DNA of 64,000 nt from NCBI GenBank assembly GCA_036172245.1, contig JAYWIR010000001.1, positions 5,456,001-5,520,000 of the forward strand. Reading direction: 5' to 3'. The stretch is from Raillietiella orientalis (lineage: Eukaryota). Both the position numbers and the translations under genes were made by a program. Below the pieces are notes generated by a model. That model did no database searches. It was given only the letters and a program-made list of their open reading frames with translations, and was not told the DNA's origin. Below are positions 1-13,600 of the stretch, piece after piece; position 1 is the first letter of the stretch; each line of letters begins with the position of its first letter.

Positions 1-2925
1 AAAAGAGATTCAGGATCTGAAACACAAATGCTCAGAGCTGGAAGAGAAAATAGGGCTTTTGAGGCAGCAACAAGCGCAATTAAATGATGAGAGAGAGAAA
101 TTACTATTTCAAGCAAAAAACAGCGAAGCCAAAGTGAATTCTTTAGAGGAAGATTGCAAAAACAAGCAAGAAGACATTTCCGGCAAAGAGGCTAAGTTGT
201 CCTCTATGGAAATGGTAAGAATTAGATCTTGAAAAATATAATTAGCAACATGTGGGCATGCAGAACTATTTAGCTTTGAAGAAGGTTGCAATGATTTTGG
301 ATGGAGAAGTGGAGATGTTAAGTGAGAAGATTAGCCAGCTCGAGGAAGACAAAAAAGCAGATGCTGTGCTCAAAGAAGAGCTCCAAAATCAAGTAACACA
401 ATTAAAAGAGAATCTAAAAAAGGCCTATGCTGCCAGCAATGAGAATAAATCGTTGAAAATTTTCACGGAGGGCCGGGCTGCCGATTTGGAAAGACAAATC
501 AGGCAACTTCAAGAAGAAGCAAATCAGCAAGAAACGGCCCTTCTTAATGAGCGCAGCACGCATAACGCTTGTGTGCTACAATTGACAGCTGAGTTGGAAA
601 CAGTCACCAAGGAACTGAATCAGAGTAAGGAAGAAGTCAGCAAGCTAGAAAAGGAGAACTCTGAACTGAAACAGAAAGTCAAATCCCTGCTTGCTGATTG
701 TTTGAAGCTTCATGATGAATTGGCTGCTTTTAAGCAAGAATCTCAGAAGTCTTCTGCTTATCTGATGGATTCGTGGGAGAGGTCAGACAGCCAGGCAAAA
801 CAGTTAGCAATGGAGCTCACTAAGCTTCAAGATCAAAACAAGGAAAACCAGATGACCATACAAGAACAGAACATCAAGTTTTCTGCAACAATTTTGCAGC
901 AAAAGAAATTGATTGATTTTTTACAAAAGAAAAATGAAGAGCTGAAAGGAAGTAAAAAGAAACCTCTGTCTGTACTAGGGAGACCCTACAAGAAAGGCTC
1001 ACAACGAACGGATGTTCCCTGCGAGCATCAGAATCATCAAAGTAACTTGGACATGAACAAACACTGCGCCTTTTCGGTATTTAATCAACCCGAGCAGCCC
1101 AGACTTCAGTTGCCCAATGTGGAAGAGCAGATCCAAGGCTGTCATAGTGTAGCTAACAAAACTGAGAAGAAATACGTAGCTCATCAGTTTATCCCAACTC
1201 TGAATATGATGACAAGAAAATGCTGCGGGTGCTTAGGCACTGTCCATTTTAGTCGCCAATGTTTGTGTTGTAATCAGTGTGGCTGCGTTGCTCACCGTCA
1301 TTGCGCAGATAAAGTGAATAAGGAAGCTCCATTGTGTGGATTTCCTCAAGAAGGAGATCCTCAGTTAGCCAATCTGTGCTCTAAAGGAGTCACATTTGAG
1401 GATGGGAAATACTCTGAAAACTCTGCGCAATTCGAAACTGGATTGGCTGAGGGTGTTGTTCAGGTGCTGCGAGGAGAAGCTTGGGAAAGACGCAAGTTGC
1501 AACTGCAAGGCACTCATCTGCTAATATGGGATGAGGATGCTCTTGAAGAAGTGGACCTCCATCCGGACGACGGGCATACGAATGTTGTTGCAACAGTTTC
1601 TGACGCCGAGCTTCCCAAGATAGATGCTGGCCAACTTGTCTTTGTTTTCAAAGTCGAAATATTGCCTTACACGACAAGTTGGGTGCCCTACGTCTTTTAT
1701 TTTATGGCGCCCACTCTGACAGAGAAGCAAGGATGGATCTCCTCCATTTCCGAAGTTGCCGCTCCTCCGGTTGAAGGTCAGGACCCAGAAGTGTTTCCCC
1801 GCACAGCCGAGACAATTGCCACATTGACTTTCTCAAATATCAGTGAAGTGTTTTGTGCCCTGCCCTTTCGTCAGCGGCTGTTGATTGGAACGAACATAGG
1901 AATCTGCGTCTTGGAAAAAAACCAAGAAACATTTTTCATTCGAGATATCAGTCCCGTTTTTAGTCTAACCAAAGTCAGTCAGTTCCAGAGAGTGTTGTTC
2001 ATTGCTGGGAAAGAAAGACAGGTGTTCATGGCGACGTCGGACAATTTAAAAGTCTGCGTGGAAACTTGTAGATACGCGGAACCCTGTGCCCTCCAGCTGA
2101 CTCGGGTTGCGACGCTGTCCGATTGCCAGCTGCTGGCGGTCAGCAAACACGAACACGATGCATATCTTTGCGCAGCCCGAGCGGACAAGATCAGCCTTCT
2201 GAGCTGGAATCATGAAACCAAAGAATTTCGGATTCGAAGAGAAAAGACTACCGAGGAGGAATGTCGGTGTGCATTATTCACGGCCGAAACGGTCTTAATA
2301 GGGACGGACCGCATCTACGAAGTACTGCTGCGGGAGCCTTATAACTCGGTCGAGTTCTTAGACGAAAGAGATGACACGCTGTTGTACATAACCCAAAGTT
2401 CGAATCACCACAACAGTTATCCTGTGGCCATCATAGGAATCAGTGAAGTGGAATTCCTGGTTTGCTATGATAAGTTGGCTGTCTTCGTTGACAACAGAGG
2501 TCGCCGATCACGCCGAAGGGACCTGCATTGGCAGCGGCTGCCGTTGTCCATAGGTAACGTGTGTGTGTGTGTGTGTTTTTTTTCTTCTTCTTCATTGTGC
2601 CGGGACGTTCAGTGTACGGAGCTCCCTACCTTTACGTGCAGCACCACAACTCTTTCGAGATCATCAAAGTCCGACCTGCACTGTGCCGAACCGATGTTGC
2701 GACCGGAAGCTTTGTGAAGTTGGGGAACCCGCGCTATTTGGGTAAGTCCTCTCCTCCGAACCGGCGGACCAGAGTGATGTCCCGCCACTAGGACGAAGTG
2801 AGGATGCTGACGGAATCTACGCTGCGGCATTCTCAGATAGGGGGATCGACATAATTCAGCTGAACGGAGAGGACATCTGCTTAGATATCAGCCTCGACAG
2901 CGACGCTTCGGACGGCAGCTTTTAG
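1..2925 (+). CDS. CIT: Citron Rho-interacting kinase-like (citron/MRCK family), 3' part: coiled coil, C1, PH and CNH domains; 5' end outside the window
   Basis: Exons <1-214, 264-2553, 2613-2741, 2792-2925 are joined by GT-AG introns of 49-59 nt with matching phases; stop TAG at 2923-2925. The protein shows a long heptad coiled coil with TILQQKKLIDFLQ (citron-like), a C1 domain (HQF...KCCGC...CNQCGCVAHRHCADKV...C), a PH domain (FYFMAPTLTEKQGWISSI) and a CNH domain (LLIGTNIG, EFLVCYDKLAVFVDNRGRRSR, APYLYV). Confidence 0.85.
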
Positions 2926-3113
2926 TCAGCGACCGAAGGAAGATGCCTCCGGCGCCATTCTTTCCCGACGATTTCGAAAGTGCCCTCTGCGTAGGTGTTT
3001 CTTTGTTTCCTTTTCCAAGTCATTACTGGAACTCTGCGTTGCGATCTGCGATCCACCTGAGAAAGGGCGACCGGGATCCAGGTTGCTACACGTTCAGTGT
3101 TCCCAGATTCACG

Positions 3114-3119
3114 AATAAA
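3114..3119 (+). promoter_or_regulatory. Candidate polyadenylation signal of the citron-like gene
   Basis: AATAAA ~190 nt after the stop codon, followed by GT-rich sequence. Confidence 0.45.
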
Positions 3120-5099
3120 GCTGCCACGGTGTAGTTCGGGGTGCTTCCGTCAGCCTTGACCCCCTAGAAATATGCAGGGATGGTGGGGTGGTGGTGGTGG
3201 TTCTCCCAGATGCGGAACGAGACGGGAACTGAGCCTCGGGCTGAACGTGCGAACCGGTGGTGTCCAGAAGATGCGATGAGTGCTCGGGCGCAGCGTCCAG
3301 TTTTGTGTGTGCGCTGTTGCTTTCGGAAAGGATCGCACCCTCCCCCCCTCGGTCCAGACACACCTTTTCCCGAACCGAAAAATCATCATCATCACGCGCC
3401 CCCGGTTGGATCCCTCCCTCATCTTTCCCCGGCATGTGATTTTCTGGATTGGTTCTTTCAATTCACATTGCGTCATCAGTGTTCTGCCCCCTGAAGAGTT
3501 CCGTCCCGTCAATGTTGAGTGCCTGACTTCAGGAAGTCTTCAGCCGCCGGCTCTCGGCAAAACTCAGGTGTTCGCGGTTCGACCTGAGGGTTCTTTACAT
3601 TCGTAACCATCTTCTCTCTCTGCCCAACAGTTTGGAGCCGTTCTTCGCCGAGTCCCTCGCTCTGGATGTTGCGTCTCCCTTGCCTCCACGGTTCGTGGCG
3701 ACTACCAGGCGCCATCCACCACGCATCGCAAACTTTCTGCCAACACTTTTTTTTTTTTCCTTCTTCCTCTTAGAAGTGCGGGCCCTGTTTTCCGCAAAGA
3801 ATTTTCAGCAGTCGGAATTTCTTCAAATCTCAGCACCGGCGGTCGAGTGCATTCAGTCCCCGTTCCGGCGGTGGTTTTTGCTCGAATCTTCTTGCAAGCT
3901 CGAATGGACCCGATCCAGCACATTGCCAACTGGGGAGGATGGTGGTGGCAGAACACGTGTAGTTAGGCGTTGCGTCAGAGGCCATTCTCAGCGCCATCAT
4001 CACCCCTTTTTTTTTTTTTTGACTCTTTTTCTTCGGTCTGCATTATTCCGTGTGCTCAGATTGTTTCACTGTGTTTTTACCTTAAAGCATTCCAATCCCT
4101 TGCATATCCGTCCTCCAAATGCACGTAACTTTGCCGACAACACGGTGCCCCTGCAGAGTGGTGTCGCCAGGCGACACGCTCGAGAAAAGAAATGAGATTC
4201 TCTCCCTCGGACTTTGGTGGCACCACTGCCTTGCGAGGAGAAGCTCAGCGCCGAATCTGCGAAGCATCGAATCCCGCGACCGAGAATACCCGACCGGGAA
4301 AAGGATCGCGGAAGAGGATCTCGCGTGCGGAGCCGTGGGTTACCTCACCCCCACGGCGGTAGGTCCTGACCTACCGCCGTGGAGCACACACCCAGCAGCC
4401 TCTCTTGCACGAGGTTCCATCCCAGTTTATGCGTATTCACGCTGTTTTGCAAGATGATGGCCGCAACATCCACGGCTGTAACTTTGCGGGTGCGCTCCCA
4501 ATTTTCATTTCCTTTCGACTTCTTGGCGTGAAGCCTTTGCAGGTTTTGCTGTAGCCTTGTGGAGGATCTTCGGTTTAGCAGCGTGGGTTGCAGTTCTTGC
4601 AAGCGTGTGTGCAGATGAGCAGCTGATGACGTAGCGCCCAGCAACAGGCTTGCATACATTTTCGGATCGGACAGGTGCGCCACCAGGCAAATTTCGTCCG
4701 TGGGGCTGCTCTTCCTCTTCCTGGAGCTTCCTAGACTCTTCTAAATTTTCAGTGTTGACTACATGAAGTATCAGTTGCGCAGTACAATTCTAATTTCTTC
4801 AATTTCTAAGTACAAATGAGCATGCTTTTTCGCCCCCCCCCCCCCCTTGATTGAACGAAAGTGGCTCCTCTATCCAGTGTCCAACGGCAATGGAGGGCAG
4901 AGAAAAAGACATGCATTCAAAAGTAATTTCGAATGAAGGAGAATTACAGAGATTAGGTCGCCTTGAGGTCGCCAAATCATCAGTTGCTGCTAAAGCTTTG
5001 AGTTATTAATGAAGGTTCGAGAGATAAAAGGGGGGGAAATTTAGAGAACGTTTCGGCAGGATGAGTGCCAAAAGGAAAGCTCGTTCTCTCATGGCCGCA

Positions 5100-6300
5100 C
5101 AGCGGAAGAGTCCCTGATGGAAGGCAATACGCCGCGTCAGTGCTTTGAGATGACGGTGATTTCGTACATTTCGAATGCCTTTGGTTCGACGAAACAAAAG
5201 GAAAAGGCATTCGAAAACCTAGAAATGAGTTCGGGCGACCTACGAATTATCGTTCCGAACCACATAATTTTCCTAGTAGTAAAGGGTAATGCGAAAGATC
5301 TGATGGTTTCCCGTTGCGTGGCAAAAATCTGAGATGACCTGTACGCATCCAATCAGGTTTCTGGGAGGGATGCTGCAGGAGCTTACCGTCGACCAAAGAA
5401 TTCAGCGCTAACGGAACTCCCTCTTGGAGAGGAAGCCTGTAAGAGAACTACGTTTCAAAACATGAGAGCTGCTTGGGGCTCCAAGTCGCTGAAGACCTGA
5501 AAAGTCCGTGTGCCCTCCCCCCCCCTCCTGAATGCCTCGAGCTTCACAAACAAAGCCGTTGAGGGATCTCTTTCTTGCTCTCGAGTAACAGAGTACCAAA
5601 AACTATATTGGCATCGAAGTACGCGGTGGTTTGCCCAAGGATTTCTCGACTTGTCCGAGGAAGTACGCGGAAAAATAAAAAGTATTCATCTGCAAGGTCC
5701 CGTTCATTTTAGAGAATGCACGTGAGCCTCCCAAGGAACTTGAGCAGTCAAACGTTCCAGCTTTTCCTATCCTCCAACGGGACCTTACTGATGCAGCCAG
5801 CGCGACGCGTTGATATTTCGCCGCATATGCCAAAAGTCCCTATCGATTCCAGGCAGAGCAGATTCTGATACTGTCCTTCGCTGGAAACATTTTCAGTTTT
5901 GGACGGCGCAGAAATCGGTTTCTGCATCCCTTACAGCAGCAGCAGCCTCTGGCACCCACAGCAGGCGATGGAAACGCTAACGTCTACAGGGAATAAACAC
6001 CACGCCCCCTACGGGAGATATGACCTCACGGAAACCCCTGTTCCTTTCGACAGCAGCCAAGGCTACATAGGAGACTCTCGCATCCCTCGCGAGCGGTTCT
6101 GGCCGAGAATTCAGCACAGGATGATGACACACCAAGAAATCCAATGACGAGCATCTCAGTTCACGATGGGCCCAGCTCACTTTTATGGGACACTTTCACA
6201 GGGAGCGACTAGCGATCGGCTGCCGCCAAGGGGTGGGAACTTTTATATACGATAATTCTTCGAAGGTGCGGAATGTCAACCCCTCTCCCTCGAAAAAACA
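5100..6300 (+). mobile_element. Heavily decayed Ty3/gypsy-like pol relic (RT, RNase H, integrase)
   Basis: Degenerate motifs appear in gypsy order across frameshifts: VISYISNAFGSTKQKEKAFENLE (cf. VYIDDILIxS...EHxxNL), NHIIFL, KVPFILENAREP (cf. GxPFxLETDHxPL), SIPGRADSD (cf. YIPGKxNxxAD), SQGYIGDSRIPRERFWPRI (cf. HxGHxG...R...FWPxI), FMGHF (cf. DFMGPF). No intact ORF or LTRs. Confidence 0.45.
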
Positions 6301-7824
6301 AACAAATCTTTGATACATTTGATGCATATCGAATCCATAAAGATTGTGCACAGCCAGAAGCGACCCACTGCAAGTGCGGGAGTGCCAAAAGATAGTCTTT
6401 TGAGATGCCTGAAAACTTGCAGTTCAACCGAGAGACGAGAGGGAGTAGGCGTGCGGCTGGTGAGAATCAGAATTTCAACGACCCTTCAGGCCCACAGAGA
6501 CGGGAGGAAAAAGGTGTTGATGAGCATTCTCAAGCCACGCGGAATCAACTGAAGGCCGCTAAGCGTCGTCGAACTTCTTAAGTTGGGCTCCGTTCGGAAT
6601 TAAAAGCCCAGCTGCAGAAAGTGAGAAGCACACGTTTCGGCGGAGACGCAGCCTCCTCCCCAGTTTCCTCGCCCGACGTGGTCAAGCATTCCCCAGTACA
6701 TCTGTTCTTGGGAATGCTATCCCCAAAAGCCTTTTCTACAGCATTACTGAAGCGTCGAAGAAAAGCGTCCGAGCTTTGAGAACACCGAAGATAACGAATG
6801 AATAAAACGGCAAAATCGTAATAATACCAATAATGATAAAGCATCGACTTTTTCGTACTTTCAGGTTCTTTGTTTTCTTCTTCTGGATGATTACAGACAA
6901 GGTGGAAATGCGTGTTTACTAACCAATGTCCACTGTTTATGGAACACACCAATACAGAGAGGCTGCTGCTGCAAGGCAGCAAAGAGGGCAAGCTGAAAAT
7001 TTTTGCCTTTTTGTGGAATTTTGCAAATTGTCTCGAAGCTCAACTGCCGAAAACTCACTTCCCCCCCCCCCTCCTCCTACAAAAGGCCGCTGACATTTGG
7101 ATCCACTGACACTCGACCAAGCGGCTCCCCACAACAGCGATTGGAATTCCAGCAGAAACCGCACGAATGGAATTCAAATCGAAAACCAGGAAGGTTATCA
7201 CTCGAAACCCCCACCAGTGAAAACATCTTCATCAGAGTGCATATATGTATTTCAGCAGCACGAGTTCGTTTTCGGCTCGTTGCACCAACCGTTTGACAAG
7301 CCGATGACCGTTGGGCCTCCTCGTCTTCCATGTTTGAAGAAAGTTACGCGAAGCTTTCACCTTTAAAACATATGCGATCGGTGGACCACGGCACACGAAA
7401 TTGGGGGGGGGGGGCTGCCCCCCGTTTTTGCGAGACCGTCCCGGCCGTTCGCCGCGAGAAGGCACGCGCAAAGACGATGATGGCCACGGTCGTCCCGCAG
7501 CCTCGTGCCCGCCGTCCCGACGGAAAGGTCCAAGTTGGTCCTGAAACCGCAGCTTCCCCCGCGGCTCTTCCACGCGCTCGCCTCAACGGGTCGAATCACC
7601 ATCATCAACAATAGCACGAAACTTGCGATGAAACCACCCATCACGGCAACCGGCAAACCGCGGCGGGAAAGACCGCAGCCTACCGGTGCTGTGTGTACAC
7701 CGAAGCCACTGACTGGGAGGGAAAACCTCCGCAGTCCACACACGAGCACCCCTGCATATTCCGCTGTAATCAACGTACGCAATCAGGAAAGGGTAATACA
7801 TATATATATACATAAATGCATATG

Positions 7825-10563
7825 TCAACTGGAAGCTTGGTCGGTGGAACCGCCCGAGCCAGTTTTAGCCACTTTTGCTCTCGTCTTCTTTGCACCTGCA
7901 CTCTTGCGCTTCCGCTGGTTATTCTTTGCGTTCTCCGGCTGGACGGGACCCCTTTTTTTCAAAGCCTTGACCCTGCGTGAACTGAGCTTCGTGAGGTCCT
8001 GTTTACTCATGTGCACCCTCCCGATCTTGGACCCGAACGCATCTTGACTAACATTCTTCACCTTCTTAGTCTGCAAAAAGGAATACAAAAGAATGTGCCA
8101 CTACTGCGGCGTGACCTGATTTTTACACCCAGTGCCCACAGGCCCGCCGATCGGCAAATGCCGCATTTCAACTCGATCAATAGGACCGACGTTGGAATAC
8201 GAACTTTCCCGAAAAGTTTGGAAATTTTCCACAAAACACTGAAAAATCACAGTCATTTTTCCGTTTTGCTTAGCAGCCAACGACTTGCATTAGCAAAGCG
8301 ACCGCGACATCAAGTATACAAAGCAGATTAATGATAGACCTTAAGAAGCAGCGGCAACCACAAAGGCGGACACCCATGTATTCTATGATTTTCAGGAATT
8401 CCTATTATCACTGTTTGGGACTAGTTAACAACACACTGCAGCTAATACATTAGGAACACATCTCTTTTGAGATCCAAAAAGATTTACCCAGGACAGGAAA
8501 ACACCTGTGTAACTGAAATCCTAGCTTACTTTGCTTAAACTTCATTCCCTTAATACTGGGGAGTTACCTCACATCACCAGCATACAAAAAAAATCAACAC
8601 ATCTTGAACCTAATGATCCTAATTAACCTCACCTCTTTTTTCCAACAAGTACTATACACATTCCAGAGCTCAAAATTTCCTATCACCTACTCTTTTACAC
8701 CCTACTATGAAAATTGCTCTTATCACCTGACTACTAATCCTTCAACTGGAAAAAAACATGTCCAGGATTCAGGAATAACTTGATCCCAAAACAACATTTT
8801 CCACAGCACTTATTATTTAATGTTACCTTTTCTACTTATAATACCTTTCTCATTACAAATTTATCTGTTTAATTCACACCCCTCACTTGATTATGAAGGT
8901 CACAGACAACTGCTAATCACTTTAAAATAACTGTTCACTATTTACAACTACAGAAAGTTTCTCTCTTATTTTTTCTTCTCCCTTTGAACTGCCAAAGAAC
9001 TTGAAATTTAGCATTTTCCCTTGTACCCCCCATGAAAACTAAGATTTCTGTAAAAATGCTTTTGCTTACAACCCACAGATAGGATTAAACACATCATCAC
9101 CTCCCTCAGAAGAGATCATCACGTTTTGCATTTGAACATTATTTCTGATTGACCTATTCTCCTCCTCTGCACACAAGTAAGTGCCTAACCTAGCAACATC
9201 AGCCATTACTCAATCTGACTATATATTCTATCACTCATTACAACTGCAAACTGTCCTAACAATACTAATTCTATTCTAGAATCTTCCCTGAAGATTAAAA
9301 CACAGTAAATTCAATGCAAAAAATAGTACTCTTAAGCTACAATCCAAGACATCTTTGTGCCAGAAGCTGATCATTCCTACCAACAAAAGATTACAAAAGT
9401 GAGTTACCATTTACACAAAAACTTTTTGTTTAACTGTAACATGAATGAACTTGATGTGCAAACAACATGACTTGTAATGAATAAGATTAAACATTAACAG
9501 GTTAAACAACTGCCTGATTTAAAAACAACAATCCACAAATCAATTAATACCTTGTTCTCAGCAGGCTGCTTGCAGGCATGGCGAAACAGATCATCAGAAG
9601 CTAATTTTGTTCTCCGCATGCAAAAATCAACTCTTGGACCAATTTCCAATAGATTCACTACAGGAGTTTGACCATCAGAATTATTCATGATCAGTCTGGA
9701 AATACACAATTACAGCTGTTATTGATCCTTACTACTTTTAAAAGGAATTGCTGATCAGTGGATTCACTGTACCTGTAACTTCTCACTAGAACTTTATCCT
9801 CAATGGCAGTGAACACCCAAGCATGTTCAAGTCCATCTAATCTTATATCTGTCACTTCTGGCCCTTTGAAGAAATCTATCAACAAATTTTTCAAACGAAT
9901 GTAAGTGTCGTCTATTTCAAATAATTCTCCATTGAACACTAATACTGATTTACTTTCTTGAGTGATTTTTGGATTCTTGAACTCTTGCATGCTCATAAAA
10001 TCTTCCATCCCCAATTCAAACATATCTAATAAATGATAGTCAAACAGACGCCCTGAAAAGTTTGTTGTGTTATAGATCTCCCTAATAAACTGCCCAACCA
10101 ATGAAAATGTTGTGTGGGCGTTTCTTAGAATGACTTCCTGCCATAAATAAAGAACAATCATGCTGTTGACAAAAATTTTCCAATGGTATTACATTTTCCA
10201 TTGGATGAACATCATTTTTCCTATTGAAATAAATAGCATTTGGTTTCTTGAACAAAACCTGATATACATTTAAAAACACATACATGTTAAGAACTTTCAA
10301 AAACTCCTACATCTTACTATTTCTTTCATCAACTGAATGGTCGACTGTGATGCTGTGTTTGTACGCATGAAAAGGGCCATTTTGGGATTTTCCAATATTC
10401 TTGGCTCTTTATGACCCAAACACCTCTTTCCTTTCTTCGTAACATGCTCCCTAGAAATAAATTCGAAAAATTCCACATACACAACTGTACTGTATTCATG
10501 ATTTTATCTAACTAGTTCCGAAATGCTGTAGTCATTAACTTACACAGTAGTTTTGACGCCCAT
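7825..10563 (-). CDS. RPF2: Ribosome production factor 2 (Brix domain)
   Basis: Exons 10563-10544, 10450-10318, 10258-10099, 10052-9773, 9695-9551, 8070-7825, all GT-AG and phase-compatible. Motifs [75 protein letters not shown] and KNVSQDAFGSKIGRVHMSKQDL are typical of RPF2. Confidence 0.95.
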
Positions 10564-12299
10564 TACTTCAATAAGATAGTCGGGAGTTTAACGAAATAAT
10601 CAATCCTATCTGTGGCCTAACATTGCGAACAGAAACAGTTTCTTACCACACACTCCTTGCGTAAAGTCACCTGGGAGGCAAGAATTACCAAGTAATTTTT
10701 TTTTCGTTTTAGTTTTATAGCCATCGAGAATTTACATGCAAACAGAATAAGGACATCGATTAATTAAGAAGCCCATTAACGTCTCAAATGCAGATAGAAT
10801 CCTTTCCTTTGCAAAAAGAATATCAAAAACAATCCTCCTGCATTGATTTCGCATGAGTGAATGATGGGCGCTTTAGAAATTAATGAAACTTGTACTTAAA
10901 GAAATAAAAATTCACGTACAGTGTGATTTTTTATTTCATCTACAGACGAAGAACTTATATTAGTATTGGAAAACATTTAACTAGAATACTGAAGTAACTA
11001 ATGAATGATTTGGATTTTTTCAAACTTCTAATTAAAAGATCTAATGAAGACGTTCAGTTCTAATTAGAAGGTCCATTTCAATTTGAGAATGCGAAACCTA
11101 GGATTAACTCGGAATTGCATAATGTGGATGCATAATTTTGAATTATTATCAGAGTAACAAATCCATGACGACCTTTAACCTGATATTTTTTTATTAAGAT
11201 TTAGATCAAATGTTCAAATGCACCTTTTTTTCATTTTAGTTAGTATTAAAACCTAACTATCGTATATTACATATCGTATTCGGGCGTTTAAGCAGATTTT
11301 TAGAAAATTACAAAACAAACGTGAGTTAGTGTAAATACTTCAAATTCATAAACATAATTAATTCACATTATGTTATTCCGGGTTAATCTCGACATTCCCT
11401 AATTAAGATAAGTGATTCATATAAAGTGTACATCGGATTCATCGTGCATTTCAATATATTGTGCCTGTTGTAAACGGGCATGAACTCTTAAATAGGCTAC
11501 TATTAGTAATTTTTAAACTGAAACTTGAGAAAAGTTGATGAAACCGCGACCTTTATACATGTAAAAAGAAATCCACATCTAGACTCTATCGTAGTCCTTC
11601 TTAATGTTCACATGGAATGAAATGTGGCATTTTTGGTACATTCAAATTCAAATTCAATTCTTTACTAATCACTCTACTATTCTGTGCTTTGTTAACAAGA
11701 ACTCTACTCACTAAAGTCACAAAATGGAACACTGAACTTCTTTCAAATTTTTCATTTTATTCTTCGACCAATTATTCCTACCTTATAGCAGGGCGTTTCT
11801 CTCGACCCCTAAAATTGTTGACGCTGTGGTGAAATTGAAATCATGACGACCACTCTCATGAAAAGAAAATAGAAACTGAAATTTCGAAACTTGTACCAAA
11901 GATTAGCAGCAGGTTACCTGTGGCATCTTCGAATCTTGGAATAGACAGTGTGGTTAAACCAGTGTTCAGTGAGCTGATAGAAACCTGAGAATTTCTTGAA
12001 TGCATAAGAAGCTGAAAGCACTCTTAATACAAAGGAAATTCTATATGAAGAAAAGAAGCAACGTTACTATTCATTCGCACAGCCTTTCATCCACAAGAAT
12101 AAAAGAAGTTGAAAGAAAAGAAAAATGCATCTACGAAGAAAAAGAGAGAGAAATGCATTCAGATGCATTGAATCGTGGCTTCAAAATGATGTCTTCAGGT
12201 TAGTTGAGAGATTCTGAAAGAGGATGAAAATGTATGATGCGAAGGCAAAAAACTACACAGGCATGCAGGAGCTCAAAAGCTGATGAAATTGTCCGTCAG

Positions 12300-13600
12300 T
12301 TTTAGAAATCTTACAAATATAATGACATTCTCGTCTACTCGATTTGATGAATATCTATATAAATACGGTTCCATATTACTGTAAAGGAAAAGAAACTTAT
12401 AACACGACACTCCTAACGTCAAACTTCACAATACCAGCAATATGTGAAGAATAACTGTTACCATCTCATTCTGGAGGTATAGCACGTGCATTTGAGATCT
12501 TGAAAGGATGAAGTCAAAAGCTGAACTTGGGTTCAATATTCGGATCATTTCTAACGGAACTCACATTCCAACGGAATGACTGGAAAAGCACAATTGATTT
12601 CGCGGATTTTGCTTTCCATTGTATGTACACGGTACATTCATTAAATATGAGGCGCTGTATTTGTATCTACATTGTATGGGCGTATTTTAATGGGATGAAT
12701 TTAAAAATTGAGCTGATAATCACTACAGAAGGAGTGAATTGGCGTTCATAAATAAGTAAAGAGGAAATACCATAACACCAACAACTTGCAGGGAGCCTGT
12801 GTGGCAGTAGTAATTCATTTTGAGGAAAAATAATGTAAAGGGAAGGTCACATTTTAAGACTTCCTTACTAGAATCTCATCAGGAGAAGATCAGGATCAAC
12901 TAACAATAATGTATCTTTCACTACATTACGGTTGCATGCCATGAGGAGGATAAAGGGATCAGAAATGGCAGAAAGCTATAATCTATCCTTTGATCAAACG
13001 GTCTAATTCATTATCTGGGACCTTCTATGATAGGGGATGCCAGTCCTCTACGAAACGTTACTCCCATCCTCCATCCAAAAACCATGTCAAAATCATTAAT
13101 CTCTTTTGAGTTCTTGTATTTGCAGTTCGAAATACAATACAGCCTCTGATTTCAGTACCTAGAACAAAAACCGATACCATTGGAACCTTTTGGAAGCTTA
13201 TAAAATGAAATCCAAAAGAAAGATTCGAATCACCTTGGTTTTTGGAACTGATCGTTTTGGTGGTTTCCATCTGCATGCTAAATGACAGCTTTCCAGGTGA
13301 TTTGCCAGGTGCCTCCACGCCAGTATGGCTTTTCTTAGGGGACACACTTTATTTTCCTCTGGTATGTGCGGACCAATGCTGGTGCAAATCTGGGTATTTG
13401 ATTTCGTATAAATTCGCTCATTTGTCGTTGGCTGCGAGTGGCAGCACACACCTCTACTCTGATCACGGTGCAGTGCACACCGTGCTGCATTCCCTGCATC
13501 CCGAATGCATTTAGGAATCATTCAGAGATAATTATCTCGAGACATCGTCATTTACGGATGATCCTTTGACTCCCTAGGAAGAATCATCGGTTCTGTCCCT
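12300..13600 (+). mobile_element. Decayed LTR-retrotransposon pol relic (RNase H, integrase)
   Basis: Degenerate motifs in order: AFEILK (~12487); LTFQRNDWKSTIDFA...IVWAYF...LKIELIIT (RNase H-like PIAFAS / LAIVWA); GDLPGAS and HLYSDHGAVHT (integrase core D..GPLP / xSDxGxxF). Many stops. Confidence 0.35.
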
